A DNA stretch of 64,000 nt from Candidatus Thermosaccharophagus tengchongensis (GCA_032161105.1 JAVHTD010000002.1); one strand, 5' to 3'; positions 42,407 to 52,970 are shown, counted from the stretch's first letter. Notes: generated by a model from the sequence alone, not told the origin. Program-made: numbers and translations.

Positions 42407-43843
42407 ATGCAGATGGCGTCGGTGGTGATGATGGTGCAATCTCAAAGAGGCTCAAAGCGGATATGGCGCTGGCATCGCATCTTGCCATACATGCTGCTTG
42501 TGCAGGATGCGCTCCTCACCCTCGGTGGGTTTGTGATTGCCTATCAGTTGCGTTTCTTCGGCATAGTAGCCAAGTGGTTCCCACCGCATCAAGGCATACC
42601 ACCGATGAGCATTCACACCGGCTTTATAACGCTTCATGTGCTCGCGTGGTTAAGTTGCCTGCACTTCGTGGGGCTATACAGGCGATACCGTGAGAGGTAT
42701 GCGGTGGATGAGTTTTATAGCGTCCTGATAGCCGGCTTCATTGCGAGCATAATCGTTGGAACGCTCGCAATGCTGTTGCGCTATCAATGGTTATCTCGCA
42801 TTGTCTTCGTGATGGCTGAAGTTCTGACAGCCATAATGGTCAGCGTTGGGAGGATGATTTTCAGGGCGCTTGAGCGGGCTCTTTGTCACCTTGGTGTTTG
42901 GATTGTGAATGTCGCCGTAGTTGGAACCGGCGCTGAGCGTTTCGCCGGGCAACTCGCAGCATGCTACGGGTGCAATGTGATTGGCGTTGTGGAAACCGAT
43001 GAGCCAACACACTGTCGTGCTGGCGAGCTGTGGCGGAAACTTGAGGATAAGCTATCGGGGATGAGCGAACTTGATGAAGTCATCGTTACCGAGAGTTCCC
43101 TCCCAGACGATGTGCTAATGCAGTTGCTTGATTGGGCTGAGGGACGCCGGATAAATGTGCGCCTGATGCTCAGCTTGATTGATGTCATCAAGCGCAGGGG
43201 GCAGTTTGAAGAGATTGCCGGAATGCCCTCCGTGACAGTCAGGAGGCTTCCTTTGCACACTTGGGGCGCATTCGTCAAGCGTCTAATGGACATCATATTG
43301 TCATTGCTACTGCTCATCATCTTCGCCATCCCGATGATAGTCATAGCGGTGTTGATAAAGCTCACTTCTCCCGGGTCTGTGCTTTACCGTCAAGAGAGGG
43401 TTGGACATGACGGGAAGGTGTTTGTGATGCTCAAGTTCAGAACGATGTATGAGGGTGCCGAGGATGAGACTGGACCGGTTTGGGCTAAGCCGAATGACCC
43501 ACGCTGCACGCCAGTTGGGAGGGTGCTCAGGAGATTGAGCTTGGATGAATTGCCGCAGCTGTTCAATGTCCTCAAGGGCGAAATGTCGCTTGTCGGACCG
43601 AGACCGGAGCGCCCATACTTCGTTGAGAAGTTTGCCCAACACATCCCACGATACATGGAGCGCCATAGGGTCAAAGCTGGCATAACCGGTTGGGCGCAGG
43701 TCAATGGGCTTCGAGGCGACTGCCCAATTGAGGAGCGCACAAAGTATGACCTATACTATGTTGAGAACTGGTCGCTTTTGCTTGACCTCAAGATCCTCGT
43801 CAAGACCGCATTTGAGGTGCTCTTCCACAAGGGGGCATATTGA
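42407..43843 (+). CDS. Undecaprenyl-phosphate sugar phosphotransferase (WcaJ/WbaP family)
   Basis: Hydrophobic N-terminal region; KRLMDI, KFRTM, DELPQLFNVLKGEMSLVGPRPE and GITGWAQV. Confidence 0.92.
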   Translation: MQMASVVMMVQSQRGSKRIWRWHRILPYMLLVQDALLTLGGFVIAYQLRFFGIVAKWFPPHQGIPPMSIHTGFITLHVLAWLSCLHFVGLYRRYRERYAVDEFYSVLIAGFIASIIVGTLAMLLRYQWLSRIVFVMAEVLTAIMVSVGRMIFRALERALCHLGVWIVNVAVVGTGAERFAGQLAACYGCNVIGVVETDEPTHCRAGELWRKLEDKLSGMSELDEVIVTESSLPDDVLMQLLDWAEGRRINVRLMLSLIDVIKRRGQFEEIAGMPSVTVRRLPLHTWGAFVKRLMDIILSLLLLIIFAIPMIVIAVLIKLTSPGSVLYRQERVGHDGKVFVMLKFRTMYEGAEDETGPVWAKPNDPRCTPVGRVLRRLSLDELPQLFNVLKGEMSLVGPRPERPYFVEKFAQHIPRYMERHRVKAGITGWAQVNGLRGDCPIEERTKYDLYYVENWSLLLDLKILVKTAFEVLFHKGAY

Positions 43844-43874
43844 GCCATCAGTGGTGAGAGTGTGAGGCTGCAGC

Positions 43875-45044
43875 ATGAGGAAAGATCCGCTGCTTCGTTC
43901 GGCAGATAGGCACATAGGCATCATAGCCCTTCACTTGCTTGCGTTGGTAAAATGGGCGCAGCCAAGGCTGCACGGTGAGTCAAACAAAACGCTGCTCATA
44001 AAGTTTGCTGGCATGGGTGACATCATCTTGCTCAAGCCAGTGATTGATTCCATCAGGCAGCGCAGCTGCGCTTCTCTCCACTTTTTGACATCGCCGAACA
44101 TGCGCGAGGTCGTTGAATACCTTGAGCTGGCGGGAGATGGTGCAATTCACGATGTTGATTTTGGCAGGTGCGTTTCTCGTCCCGGTGAATTGCTCGCTTT
44201 GATTATGGGGCTGCGCCGTGAGCGCTTTCGTGCCGTGATTGATTTTGAACAATGGATGCGCATAAGCGCCATTGTATCATTCCTCTCTGGGGCTGAGTTG
44301 CGTTATGGATTCTCAACTCCCATGCAATACCGCCACGCGCTGTATACGCATTTCGTTGCCTACAGCTTTGACCAGCATACACTCACATCCTTTGCCCGCC
44401 TTGCCTCGGTGTTTCTCGGAAGCGACATCGTGAGTGAGGTGCACTCAGGTTTCGTCGGATGCATATCACCGCAGGCAAACGAGATTGAAAGGGTTCACCG
44501 TCTCCTCATGCTGGCTGGATGGCGCGGCAAAGCTCAACCTGTGGCAATCATACATCCGGGATGCGGGTTTGGCGGTGAGCCGAGGATGTGGTTGATTGAG
44601 GGTTATGCTGAGGTGATACGCAGGCTGAGCAGGCACGGCTTTTTCATCGCCCTGACCGGTGGCAAAGATGATGTAGCTTTCAGTGAGCGCCTTATGCAAT
44701 TGGTCGGGTGCTACGGAGCATTGAATCTTGCCGGAAAAACAACCTTTGCTGAGTTGGCAGCGCTCGTCAGCATGGCTAAATTTGTGGTGTGCCCAAATAC
44801 TGGCATAATGCATCTTGCCTGTGCGATTGGGACGCCAACGGTGGCATTGCATGGCCCTACAAACCCGGTTCAGTGGCGTCCATTGGGTGACATGCACAAG
44901 GTTGTTCAAGCAAAGTTGCATTGTGTTCCGTGTTTGCGATTGGGGCATGATTACAAGTGTAGCGATTATCGGTGTATGCGCACGATAACGGTTGAGATGG
45001 TCTGGAGCGCAATAGAGGAGTTGCTCAACGGAGTGGGTGCTTGA
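43875..45044 (+). CDS. Glycosyltransferase family 9 (heptosyltransferase-like)
   Basis: GMGDII, IHPG, NLAGKT, TGIMHLACAIGTPTVALHGPT and C-terminal CxPC..C. Confidence 0.88.
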   Translation: MRKDPLLRSADRHIGIIALHLLALVKWAQPRLHGESNKTLLIKFAGMGDIILLKPVIDSIRQRSCASLHFLTSPNMREVVEYLELAGDGAIHDVDFGRCVSRPGELLALIMGLRRERFRAVIDFEQWMRISAIVSFLSGAELRYGFSTPMQYRHALYTHFVAYSFDQHTLTSFARLASVFLGSDIVSEVHSGFVGCISPQANEIERVHRLLMLAGWRGKAQPVAIIHPGCGFGGEPRMWLIEGYAEVIRRLSRHGFFIALTGGKDDVAFSERLMQLVGCYGALNLAGKTTFAELAALVSMAKFVVCPNTGIMHLACAIGTPTVALHGPTNPVQWRPLGDMHKVVQAKLHCVPCLRLGHDYKCSDYRCMRTITVEMVWSAIEELLNGVGA

Positions 45045-45122
45045 GCGGCAATTCGTATCCCGAAGTTGCATGCGTGGCATGAACGATGTGGTGAGCAACG
45101 ACTGCGTGCGGAGGTGGTGGCT

Positions 45123-45959
45123 ATGCATATCGGCTTTTACACTGCTCCATTTCGTGAAGAGCCGTTTGAGAGGGTGGTTGAATTTGCGAAGCGAGCCGGC
45201 TTTCAGGCTCTTGAAGTTGTTTGTGGCGTCGGCTCAGGGCACATTGATGCCCAGCAGGTTATCCGCACCGGTGGTGGCAAGGTGAGGCAGTTGATTGAAT
45301 CGTCTGGACTCCAGATATCGGCGCTTGCAATGTATGGTAACACGCTTAACCCCAACCCGGATGAAAGGAGGCGTTTCTTGCTTGCCCTCCACAAGGCGAT
45401 AGATGCGGCGGCAATCTTGGGTGTTGAAGTTGTGTGCACCCTCGCTGGGATGCCAATGCCTAACAAGACCAAGATGCAAACGATTGAGGAGGACGCTCCA
45501 AAGGCGTTTAAAAGGCTGTGCGAGCACGCCGCTGAGAAGGGCATCAAGATAGCGCTTGAGAATTGGTATGCGACCAACCTGCAATCGCTCAGGCACTGGG
45601 ACCGATTCTTTGAGGTGGTCAACTATGACAACATCGGGTTGAACTTTGACCCATCGCACCTCGTCTGGCAGGACATTGACTACATGTATGCCGTTGAAAG
45701 GTTCTCCAATCGCATATTCCATGTGCACGCAAAGGATACGGCAATACTTTGGCACAGGAGAAGATACATCGGCAACCAAGAGCATGGTTGGTGGCGATAT
45801 GTCATCCCCGGCTTCGGTGTAATTGATTGGGGGCAACTGATCGGGTTGCTCAGGAGCAACGGTTACAACGGCGTGTTGAGCATTGAGCACGAGGATGCGG
45901 CTCTGCCGAGGGAGGAGGGATTGATTAAAGGGCTGGCATACTTGCGCCAGTTCGTTTGA
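45123..45959 (+). CDS. Sugar phosphate isomerase/epimerase family protein
   Basis: [18 protein letters not shown] and SIEHED. Confidence 0.85.
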   Translation: MHIGFYTAPFREEPFERVVEFAKRAGFQALEVVCGVGSGHIDAQQVIRTGGGKVRQLIESSGLQISALAMYGNTLNPNPDERRRFLLALHKAIDAAAILGVEVVCTLAGMPMPNKTKMQTIEEDAPKAFKRLCEHAAEKGIKIALENWYATNLQSLRHWDRFFEVVNYDNIGLNFDPSHLVWQDIDYMYAVERFSNRIFHVHAKDTAILWHRRRYIGNQEHGWWRYVIPGFGVIDWGQLIGLLRSNGYNGVLSIEHEDAALPREEGLIKGLAYLRQFV

Positions 45960-46030
45960 GCTGCTGGAGCGCCATCGGTAATGCCCCCCATGAAATGACG
46001 ATGGATTGACGGGGAACGGTGAAGCTAACC

Positions 46031-48301
46031 TCAACCCGACATGAGTGCCATGACGATGCGCTCCGGTGTCATAGGCAATGTCGTTATTCGCTTCCCGATG
46101 GCATCGGTGACTGCATTGGCGATTGCTGCGAGCGTCGGAACGATTGATGGCTCCCCAACGCCCTTTGCGCCATAAGGTCCATCCGGGTTCGGCACTTCAA
46201 CTATGACCGGCTCTATCTCCGTTGCATCGGAGCATGTCGGGAGAAGGTAATCGGCAAGCGTAGTGTTAGCCACTTTCCCATCGTCGGTATACCTGTAGCC
46301 CTCCATTGTTGCCCAACCTATGCCTTGCATTACTGCGCCGTGTATTTGTCCCTCAATCGCGAGCGGATTAAGCGCCCTACCCACATCCTGAGCAGCTATG
46401 TAGCGCAATACCCTAACCTTGCCCGTCTCCAAGTCAACAGCCACCTCAGCAAGCGCAACGGTATATGCCGGACGAGTTGGCATCCAAGCAATGCTATGCG
46501 AGCCATGCAAAGGTCCATATTCGGCGATGCATGCTCTGCCAAGCTCCGTATAGCTCACCCTTTGGCTCGGGGCACCTTTGATGTGGATGCACTCCTCACC
46601 GAGCTCAAGTTCTTTTACATCAACCCCGAGTATCTTTGCGGCTGTTTGGAACATGCGCTCACGCAGCTGCACAACAGCATTAAAGACTGCCATGCCGCTC
46701 GTATAAGCCACCCTGCTGCCGCCAGTTTGATGGTGCCAAGGGACTGAATCTGTATCTCCGACTACCACCGTCACTTTTTCAATTGGCACTCTCAACTCTT
46801 CGGAGACGATTTGAGCAAATAGTGTGTTTGTGCCGGTGACATCGCATGAGCCGGTGATGACTTGGAATGTGCCATCCTCGTTCAGCATAACGGTTGCGCT
46901 TGAATATCCCGAATAGTTTGTCCACTCACCGCACGCTAATCCCCTCCCAACTTTCCAGTTACCTACTCCGAGCATCTTCAAAGCCCCTTGCGTTGGTGCG
47001 CTCCCATTGAGGTGACTTGTTGGCGATGTCGTGCGCATGGACGCTGTTGAGCGTGCCTGCGTCTTAGCGGCATGCTCCCTCAATGCTTGCAGTGTCTCCT
47101 TGAACCCGATCTTGGGCAGCGGCACTCCGTCAATTGATGTGTCGCCCTCCTCAACGGCATTTCTCATGCGCAGTTCCCAAGGGTCAATTCCAATCTCTCT
47201 GGCGAGCATGTCCATGAGTGATTCCCTGACGAACGCCATTTGCGGTGCATCCGGCGCCCTATATGCCCCCGGCGCGGGCTTGTTCGTATAAACGCCATAT
47301 GAGCGAATCCTATAACTCTTCAAGCGATATAGCCCGCGCAAGCGCACCGATGCGCCAATGTAACCGCTCACTCCGCCATCCCAAAATACTTCGGCATCAA
47401 GTGCCATGAGTGTCCCATCACTCTTTGCACCGAGGCGCGCACGCGCATAGCATGCTGGCGCTGGATGCGAGTCAAGCAGGACCTCGGTTCTATCGTCAAT
47501 GACTTGAACTGGGAGGCCGGTCTTTAAGGCGAGGAGCACGGCAACCGGCTCGGTATAAACCTGTGTGTTCCTTCCGCCGAAGCCGCCACCGATGAAAGTC
47601 GGTATGACTTTGATGCAGTGCAGCGGCAACCCGAGCATCCTCGCGGTCAGTGAACGCACTTGGAAGTGACCCTGCGTGCTCGTCCATACCTCAACTTTTC
47701 CGCCGCCAACTGGGCGCGCAATGCATGCATGAGGCTCAAGATAGCTCTGATGCACCGATGGGACATAGAATTCGCCCCCCACAATTACATCGGAGGAGCG
47801 CATCATCTCGTCAACATCACCGCTGACAAACTCACGGTATCGCGAGATGTTCCTGAGCGGTCTGCCGCTGGCGTCTCGGACATCTTCAAACTTACCGCCG
47901 ATGAATGCGCATGGCGCATCCGGCTTTATGGCTTCGCGCACATCGGTGACAGCTGGGAGCGGTTCATACTCAACTCTGATTGCCTTAATCGCCTCAAGCG
48001 CAGTTTGAGCATCGTCCGCAGCTACAGCCGCTATCTTCTGACCGTGGAAGCGCACATAATCTTTGGCGAACAGCCCACCGTTTGGTGCATCGTCAGCTGT
48101 GACAATTGCCCTCACTCCCTTTATCTGCATAGCCTCAGTTATGTCTAAGCGAACTATGCGTGCATGCGCGCAATCGCTCCGCAGAATCTTACCATGTAGC
48201 ATTCCCGGGAACTGAACATCGGCACCATATCTCGCCCTGCCAGTCACCATCGCCGGTGCATCAATGCGAGTTGCACGCTCACCTATTCCACTTATCCCCA
48301 T
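46031..48301 (-). CDS. Xanthine dehydrogenase family molybdopterin-binding large subunit
   Basis: YLEPHAC, IGGGFGG, AYRAP, GQIHGAVMQGIG and GAKGVGEP. Confidence 0.9.
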   Translation of the reverse strand: MGISGIGERATRIDAPAMVTGRARYGADVQFPGMLHGKILRSDCAHARIVRLDITEAMQIKGVRAIVTADDAPNGGLFAKDYVRFHGQKIAAVAADDAQTALEAIKAIRVEYEPLPAVTDVREAIKPDAPCAFIGGKFEDVRDASGRPLRNISRYREFVSGDVDEMMRSSDVIVGGEFYVPSVHQSYLEPHACIARPVGGGKVEVWTSTQGHFQVRSLTARMLGLPLHCIKVIPTFIGGGFGGRNTQVYTEPVAVLLALKTGLPVQVIDDRTEVLLDSHPAPACYARARLGAKSDGTLMALDAEVFWDGGVSGYIGASVRLRGLYRLKSYRIRSYGVYTNKPAPGAYRAPDAPQMAFVRESLMDMLAREIGIDPWELRMRNAVEEGDTSIDGVPLPKIGFKETLQALREHAAKTQARSTASMRTTSPTSHLNGSAPTQGALKMLGVGNWKVGRGLACGEWTNYSGYSSATVMLNEDGTFQVITGSCDVTGTNTLFAQIVSEELRVPIEKVTVVVGDTDSVPWHHQTGGSRVAYTSGMAVFNAVVQLRERMFQTAAKILGVDVKELELGEECIHIKGAPSQRVSYTELGRACIAEYGPLHGSHSIAWMPTRPAYTVALAEVAVDLETGKVRVLRYIAAQDVGRALNPLAIEGQIHGAVMQGIGWATMEGYRYTDDGKVANTTLADYLLPTCSDATEIEPVIVEVPNPDGPYGAKGVGEPSIVPTLAAIANAVTDAIGKRITTLPMTPERIVMALMSG

Positions 48302-48417
48302 GAGCGCTTCACCTCGGCGTCCGCAGCTCAATCAAAGCATGAGACGACGAAGTAGCAACGGCATGACAGAATGATAGCGAGGGTGAGGCGACTTGGGCAA
48401 ATACGGCGCAGGTGGTG

Positions 48418-49662
48418 ATGTCAATGGCGCTCCACGAGCGCGACAGGACCATATTGAGGGATCTCGCAAAGAGGCTCGCTGAAATAGCTTCCCACCCATC
48501 TCAATCGGAGAAGAGGGAGCTATGGCGCCGCTTAAACAGGCTTGAGCCAGTCCGCCCAATGGTGCTCCTTTGGAATGAGACATGGCATGAGAATAAGGAT
48601 GAGATTGAACTCCAGTGCGAGGATGAATTTGCTCGGCAGCAGGAGTGGCAGTTGCGCACGCGGCTTTACCACTTTGAGCACATGCCAGATGATCATGTCT
48701 ACGAGGCGAAGGTTTATTGCCCGATAGCCATTAGGGTCAGTGATTACGGAATAGCTGCGGATGTGGAGAGACCGCAACATGAGTTCGGTGCTGCACGCTT
48801 TAAGCCGGTCATAAGCGAGAACGATGACCCAAGCATGATAAAGATGCCGGAGGTGACCATTGACTGGGAAGCGACCGAGAGGACATATGAGCAATTGTGC
48901 GAGATATACGATGGGATACTCTCGGTGGAAAAGCGCGGTGTCATTGGGCACTGGTTCGCAATCATTGACCAGTTTGTCCAGTGGCGCGGCATTGAGAACA
49001 CATTCGTTGACATGATTGAGCGCCCCGAATGGCTTCACAGTTGGTTTCAAAGGATGACTGATTGGCATCTTTCGCTCCTCGAGCAGTATGAGAGGCTTGG
49101 ATTGCTCTCACTCAACAACGGCGCCAATTATGTCGGACCGGGTGGACTTGGATTTACGGATGAGCTACCGCAGCCGGATTTTGATGGCATTAATGTGCGC
49201 GCAAAGGATCAATGGGGACACGCCACCACGCAGATATTCGTTGATGTCTCACCGGCAATGCACGAAGAGTTTGCCCTACGCTATGAGCGTCAATTCCTGT
49301 CGCGGTTCGGACTGGCAAGCTATGGATGTTGTGAGCCACTTCACCACAAGCTTGATGTAATAAAGAGAGCCATACCAAACTTGAGGCGGGTGAGCGTAAG
49401 CCCTTGGGCTGATGTCGGTAAGGCTGCAGAGGGCTTGGGTGACAAATACATCATGTCGCTCAAACCCAACCCGAGCATATTCAGCATTGAGCATTGGGAC
49501 ATTTCGCTTGCCGAAAGAAAGTTGCGTGAAGCCCTTGAGAGGGCAAGAGGCTGTGTGGTTGAAGTAATCATGAAGGATTTGCACACATGCCGAAGGCAAC
49601 CGCAGAGGATGTGGGAGTGGGTTAGGATGGCTATGAGGGTGGTTGAGGAATTTGCGAGATGA
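48418..49662 (+). CDS. Uroporphyrinogen decarboxylase/MtaA-CmuA-like TIM barrel protein, function unknown
   Basis: WRGIENTFVDM, VSPAMHEEF, YGCCEPL, RRVSVSPW and MKDLHTC. Confidence 0.6.
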   Translation: MSMALHERDRTILRDLAKRLAEIASHPSQSEKRELWRRLNRLEPVRPMVLLWNETWHENKDEIELQCEDEFARQQEWQLRTRLYHFEHMPDDHVYEAKVYCPIAIRVSDYGIAADVERPQHEFGAARFKPVISENDDPSMIKMPEVTIDWEATERTYEQLCEIYDGILSVEKRGVIGHWFAIIDQFVQWRGIENTFVDMIERPEWLHSWFQRMTDWHLSLLEQYERLGLLSLNNGANYVGPGGLGFTDELPQPDFDGINVRAKDQWGHATTQIFVDVSPAMHEEFALRYERQFLSRFGLASYGCCEPLHHKLDVIKRAIPNLRRVSVSPWADVGKAAEGLGDKYIMSLKPNPSIFSIEHWDISLAERKLREALERARGCVVEVIMKDLHTCRRQPQRMWEWVRMAMRVVEEFAR

Positions 49663-49683
49663 ATGCAGTGGCAATGGTGCAGC

Positions 49684-51384
49684 TTAACGGCTGCTCAGGT
49701 ATTCCTCAAGCCCGTTAAAGATGGCAAGCGCTATCTTCTCGCGAAATTGTTCGCTCATGAGCAGAGCTCCATCGGTGGGATGATTGAGGTAGCACGCTTC
49801 AACGAGGACGGAGGGGACATTTGTGTTGCGCAGCACATAAAAACGCCTTTCCCTAATTCCGTTGTCGGGCAGACCGAGTGCTGCTATTAGGTTCCTGTGA
49901 ATCGCCTCAGCAAGCGGTTTACTCTGCGGCGTGAAGTAGTATGTCTCGGTCCCAGACTTAGCCCCGGGAGTTGGAAATGAGTTGAGATGAATGCTGACGA
50001 AGGCAGCGGGGTTTAACTTGTTGGCGATGTATACCCTATCCTCAAGCGAGACATAGTAATCGCCATAGCGTGTCATCGTAACGGTTGCGCCGGAGTTCGT
50101 CAGCATGCGGTGCAATCTCAATGCTATGTCAAGCGTGAGTTCCTTCTCAACAAGCCTTCTTTGAAACATACCAGCGGGGCTAATTGCGCCCGGGTCTTGT
50201 CCACCATGTCCGGGATCAACGACGATGCTTGTGCCGGCTAATGGGCTTGTGCCGAGCTCCACTGTCAGCCCATCGCCAGTTTGCCTTTCCATCACCCTAT
50301 AGCGAACTGGCTTGAAAAGCTCAAAGACGACTCTCGCCACAGTCTCGCCATCAATCTCCGGGGTGCCAACTCTCACCTCCTTGATCATCTCATTCTTTGG
50401 CACTTCTTGAGCACCCAATGGCAATGCCAGCTCTGCCCCACGAAAGTCAACAACGATCCTGTATGGGTTGCTGAGTGTGAATGTGCGATACCTTAGCGCG
50501 CCCTCAGTTGATATCACTCCCCTGACGACGCCATCGGCTGATTCAACTTTAACTGAGTTGATCTTCGCCCTCCCCTCGGCAACCCTTTTCACTTTCGCAT
50601 CGCGAACGACGAGCGCCACTTTCCGTGTCATCCCGCGCTCGTCTTTTGTGGTGGTGTCCTGAAATTCAAGTTTCACATCGGTATCAAGCACGACCCTTGC
50701 AATCGGCGGTGTGAGCGAATATTGCCCCACACGAACACGCTCAATTGAACCCTTTCTCCCAACGACCTCACCTTGCATCTGTGGCGTAATAGCGCAGTGG
50801 GTTGCATCAACATAAATCCTCTCGGGCGCGCTCAGGCGGTTGATGCTATAGGTTATTGGCGCACTGAACGATATCTCAACTTGCCAACCATCCCCAAGCG
50901 GCTTGACTTCCACTGGCAGAAGCTTCGCACACACATACACAGTTTTGGTTGCGTCATCATGCTTGAAAGACAAGTTGAGGAGTTCGCAGAGCGCCTTCAG
51001 CGGGATGAACAGGTTGCCATCAATAACAGTTGGTGCTATTGCGAGCGCCCTCTTCTCGCCGTTAACCAACGCACATTGAGCGTTGGCATACATTTCCACT
51101 CGCTTACCGTCGCGCCATTTCATTACGACTTTCTCCCGCTCCACAAGCTCAACCTCATCTGACAACCACTTAAGCCAATCCCCAACCGATACAAGCGCCT
51201 CATCACCAGACCATGTGCATGTAAGTTGACCGGCGTCATTCCCGAGGACGAAAATATGCATGCTTTCGGTGCTACCTGAAGGAAGCGCGCCGGCGAAAGC
51301 CGTTAAGAGGGCGCAAATGAGGAGCAGCGGCATCCGGTGATGCTCTTGGTGGGAGGCGTTAGATGGATTGCAGCGGTGCTCCAA
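49684..51384 (-). CDS. N-acetylmuramoyl-L-alanine amidase with copper-amine-oxidase-N-like and AMIN domains
   Basis: VVDPGHGGQDPGA, EKE, FVSIHLN and SVLVE; AMIN-like PERIYVD and PYRIVVDF; TTG start after GGAGGAGG (ATG 51333 is an alternative). Confidence 0.88.
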   Translation of the reverse strand: MEHRCNPSNASHQEHHRMPLLLICALLTAFAGALPSGSTESMHIFVLGNDAGQLTCTWSGDEALVSVGDWLKWLSDEVELVEREKVVMKWRDGKRVEMYANAQCALVNGEKRALAIAPTVIDGNLFIPLKALCELLNLSFKHDDATKTVYVCAKLLPVEVKPLGDGWQVEISFSAPITYSINRLSAPERIYVDATHCAITPQMQGEVVGRKGSIERVRVGQYSLTPPIARVVLDTDVKLEFQDTTTKDERGMTRKVALVVRDAKVKRVAEGRAKINSVKVESADGVVRGVISTEGALRYRTFTLSNPYRIVVDFRGAELALPLGAQEVPKNEMIKEVRVGTPEIDGETVARVVFELFKPVRYRVMERQTGDGLTVELGTSPLAGTSIVVDPGHGGQDPGAISPAGMFQRRLVEKELTLDIALRLHRMLTNSGATVTMTRYGDYYVSLEDRVYIANKLNPAAFVSIHLNSFPTPGAKSGTETYYFTPQSKPLAEAIHRNLIAALGLPDNGIRERRFYVLRNTNVPSVLVEACYLNHPTDGALLMSEQFREKIALAIFNGLEEYLSSR

Positions 51385-51489
51385 TAGTGCCCCTCCTCCC
51401 AACCCAGTGATGCATTATGGCTTTAACTGTGCTGCATTTGCCCGCTTGAGTTTGAGGATGTATCGGCGCGATGGATAGGGAAAGCAAAT

Positions 51490-51842
51490 TGGTGGAGGCG
51501 GCGGGAATCGAACCCGCGTCCGCTGAGCCCTCAGCGCTGGCATCTACAAGCTTAGCTCGCCTTTTGTTTCTCCTCGCTCAGTCTCCGGCGAGCGGGATAC
51601 TGAGCGAGACAGCTCACATCAAACTTAGTGGCGGCTATGTGAGCGCTCACCGCCACGCAGCCGGCTTATCTGACGCCTTGTCCAGCACCGCCGGCGAGTG
51701 CCAGCAAGGCGTGCCGCCTTCAATTAGGCAGCCAGAGCAACAGGCTCGGCATTTATCTTTCTTGCGCGTTTTTTACGGGACTCGCGCCCACCCGGCTTGC
51801 CGCCAGCACCTTGACACTCAGCGTCGAGCCCATTTCGCCCCC
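51490..51842 (-). ncRNA. ssrA: tmRNA
   Basis: 5' GGGGGCGAAATGGGCTCGAC; 3' GGACGCGGGTTCGATTCCCGCCGCCTCCACCA; tag ORF after ATAAAT at 51750-51724 encodes AEPVALAA*. Confidence 0.95.
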
Positions 51843-51948
51843 GCTATAAGGCAATTAAAAGCGCCCAACAGCTTTCACATTGCCATCTCTTATTCTACCG
51901 CATTAGCTCGGCTTGTAAACTTTAAGGCTGACGGATTCACGCCGGAAG

Positions 51949-52932
51949 CTAAAGTTTGATTGGCTTGCCCAACTTGGCTGACTTGTGTGCCGCCTCAATG
52001 ACGCGCACGACCTCCCTTGTCTCTTCTGGCTTGACGATCAGCTCGCCGCCGCGAAGCAACACATCCGAAATGTTGCGATAATAGTCAACCCAATCGCCAC
52101 GCACGCTCTCAATTTGCATTTCAACCGGCATGCCGTCCACAACAGTTGAGACCTTAGCCCTCTCATTCGGGTCAAACGACTCTTTCACGAGAGTGCCCTT
52201 TGTCCCGAGGACACGCCAACGCGCCCTTTGGATGCGCGAAAGGTTTGAAAGCTCAATGTTGAACAGGACGCCGTTGTCAAACCGAAGCCATACTTGAGAG
52301 TGAGTTTCAACCTCAACATCCCAATGCCTGTAGTGCAGGTTTGCAAAGACCCATTCAGCATTCGCCTTTACAAGCTGCAGGGCTTGATCAACGAGGTGAG
52401 CACCCCAGTCGTAAAGCATTCCGCCACCATGCTTCCTCAGCGAGCGCCATCCGCCGGGCTTGCCATAGCCGCCAACGCATGACTGAAATTCAAACGGCTC
52501 ACCTATTAAGCCGGATTCGCATATCCGCTTCACAGTTAAATAGTCGCTGTCCCAGCGCCTGTTCTGGAATACAGATAGCAACACGCCATTTCGGTCACGG
52601 GCTTCAATCATCTTATCGGCTTCCTTAACGCTCAGACACATGACCTTCTCAACGATGCAGTGCCTCCCGGAGTTCATAACCTGCACCGATAACGGAGCGT
52701 GCGTATCATGAGGCGTGACGAGCACTACGAGTTCAATCTCCTTATCGCCCAGTGCCTCATCCAATCTCTCATAACCTTTTACGCCTTGTTCTTCAACTGC
52801 CGCCCTCAATCTTCCCGGATCAATGTCGCACACTGCGACAAGCTTTAGCCCGTCAACTTGCTTTATTGCCTCACAATGAAACTTGCCCATCCCGTATCCC
52901 ACTACGCACACGCCTATTTCATTCCCCATCAT
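51949..52932 (-). CDS. Gfo/Idh/MocA family oxidoreductase
   Basis: VVGYGMG, TPHDTH, VEKVM, FQNRRWD and GGMLYDWGAHLVD. Confidence 0.9.
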   Translation of the reverse strand: MMGNEIGVCVVGYGMGKFHCEAIKQVDGLKLVAVCDIDPGRLRAAVEEQGVKGYERLDEALGDKEIELVVLVTPHDTHAPLSVQVMNSGRHCIVEKVMCLSVKEADKMIEARDRNGVLLSVFQNRRWDSDYLTVKRICESGLIGEPFEFQSCVGGYGKPGGWRSLRKHGGGMLYDWGAHLVDQALQLVKANAEWVFANLHYRHWDVEVETHSQVWLRFDNGVLFNIELSNLSRIQRARWRVLGTKGTLVKESFDPNERAKVSTVVDGMPVEMQIESVRGDWVDYYRNISDVLLRGGELIVKPEETREVVRVIEAAHKSAKLGKPIKL

Positions 52933-52970
52933 CCCTTCACCTCCGCGCTTCATTGTCCTCCTGCAAAGCC

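Noticed and set aside
46031..48301. Aerobic CO dehydrogenase CoxL
   Set aside because: Lacks the AYxCSFR or AYRGAGR loop, and coxM/coxS are not adjacent
51400..51490. Prophage or island integrated at ssrA
   Set aside because: No integrase and no duplicated tmRNA 3' end seen; an amidase gene follows directly
51490..51525. tRNA gene
   Set aside because: The T-arm and CCA end belong to the tmRNA; the matching 5' end is 350 nt away and a tag ORF lies between
51471..51959. 162-aa plus-strand ORF
   Set aside because: Antisense shadow of the tmRNA
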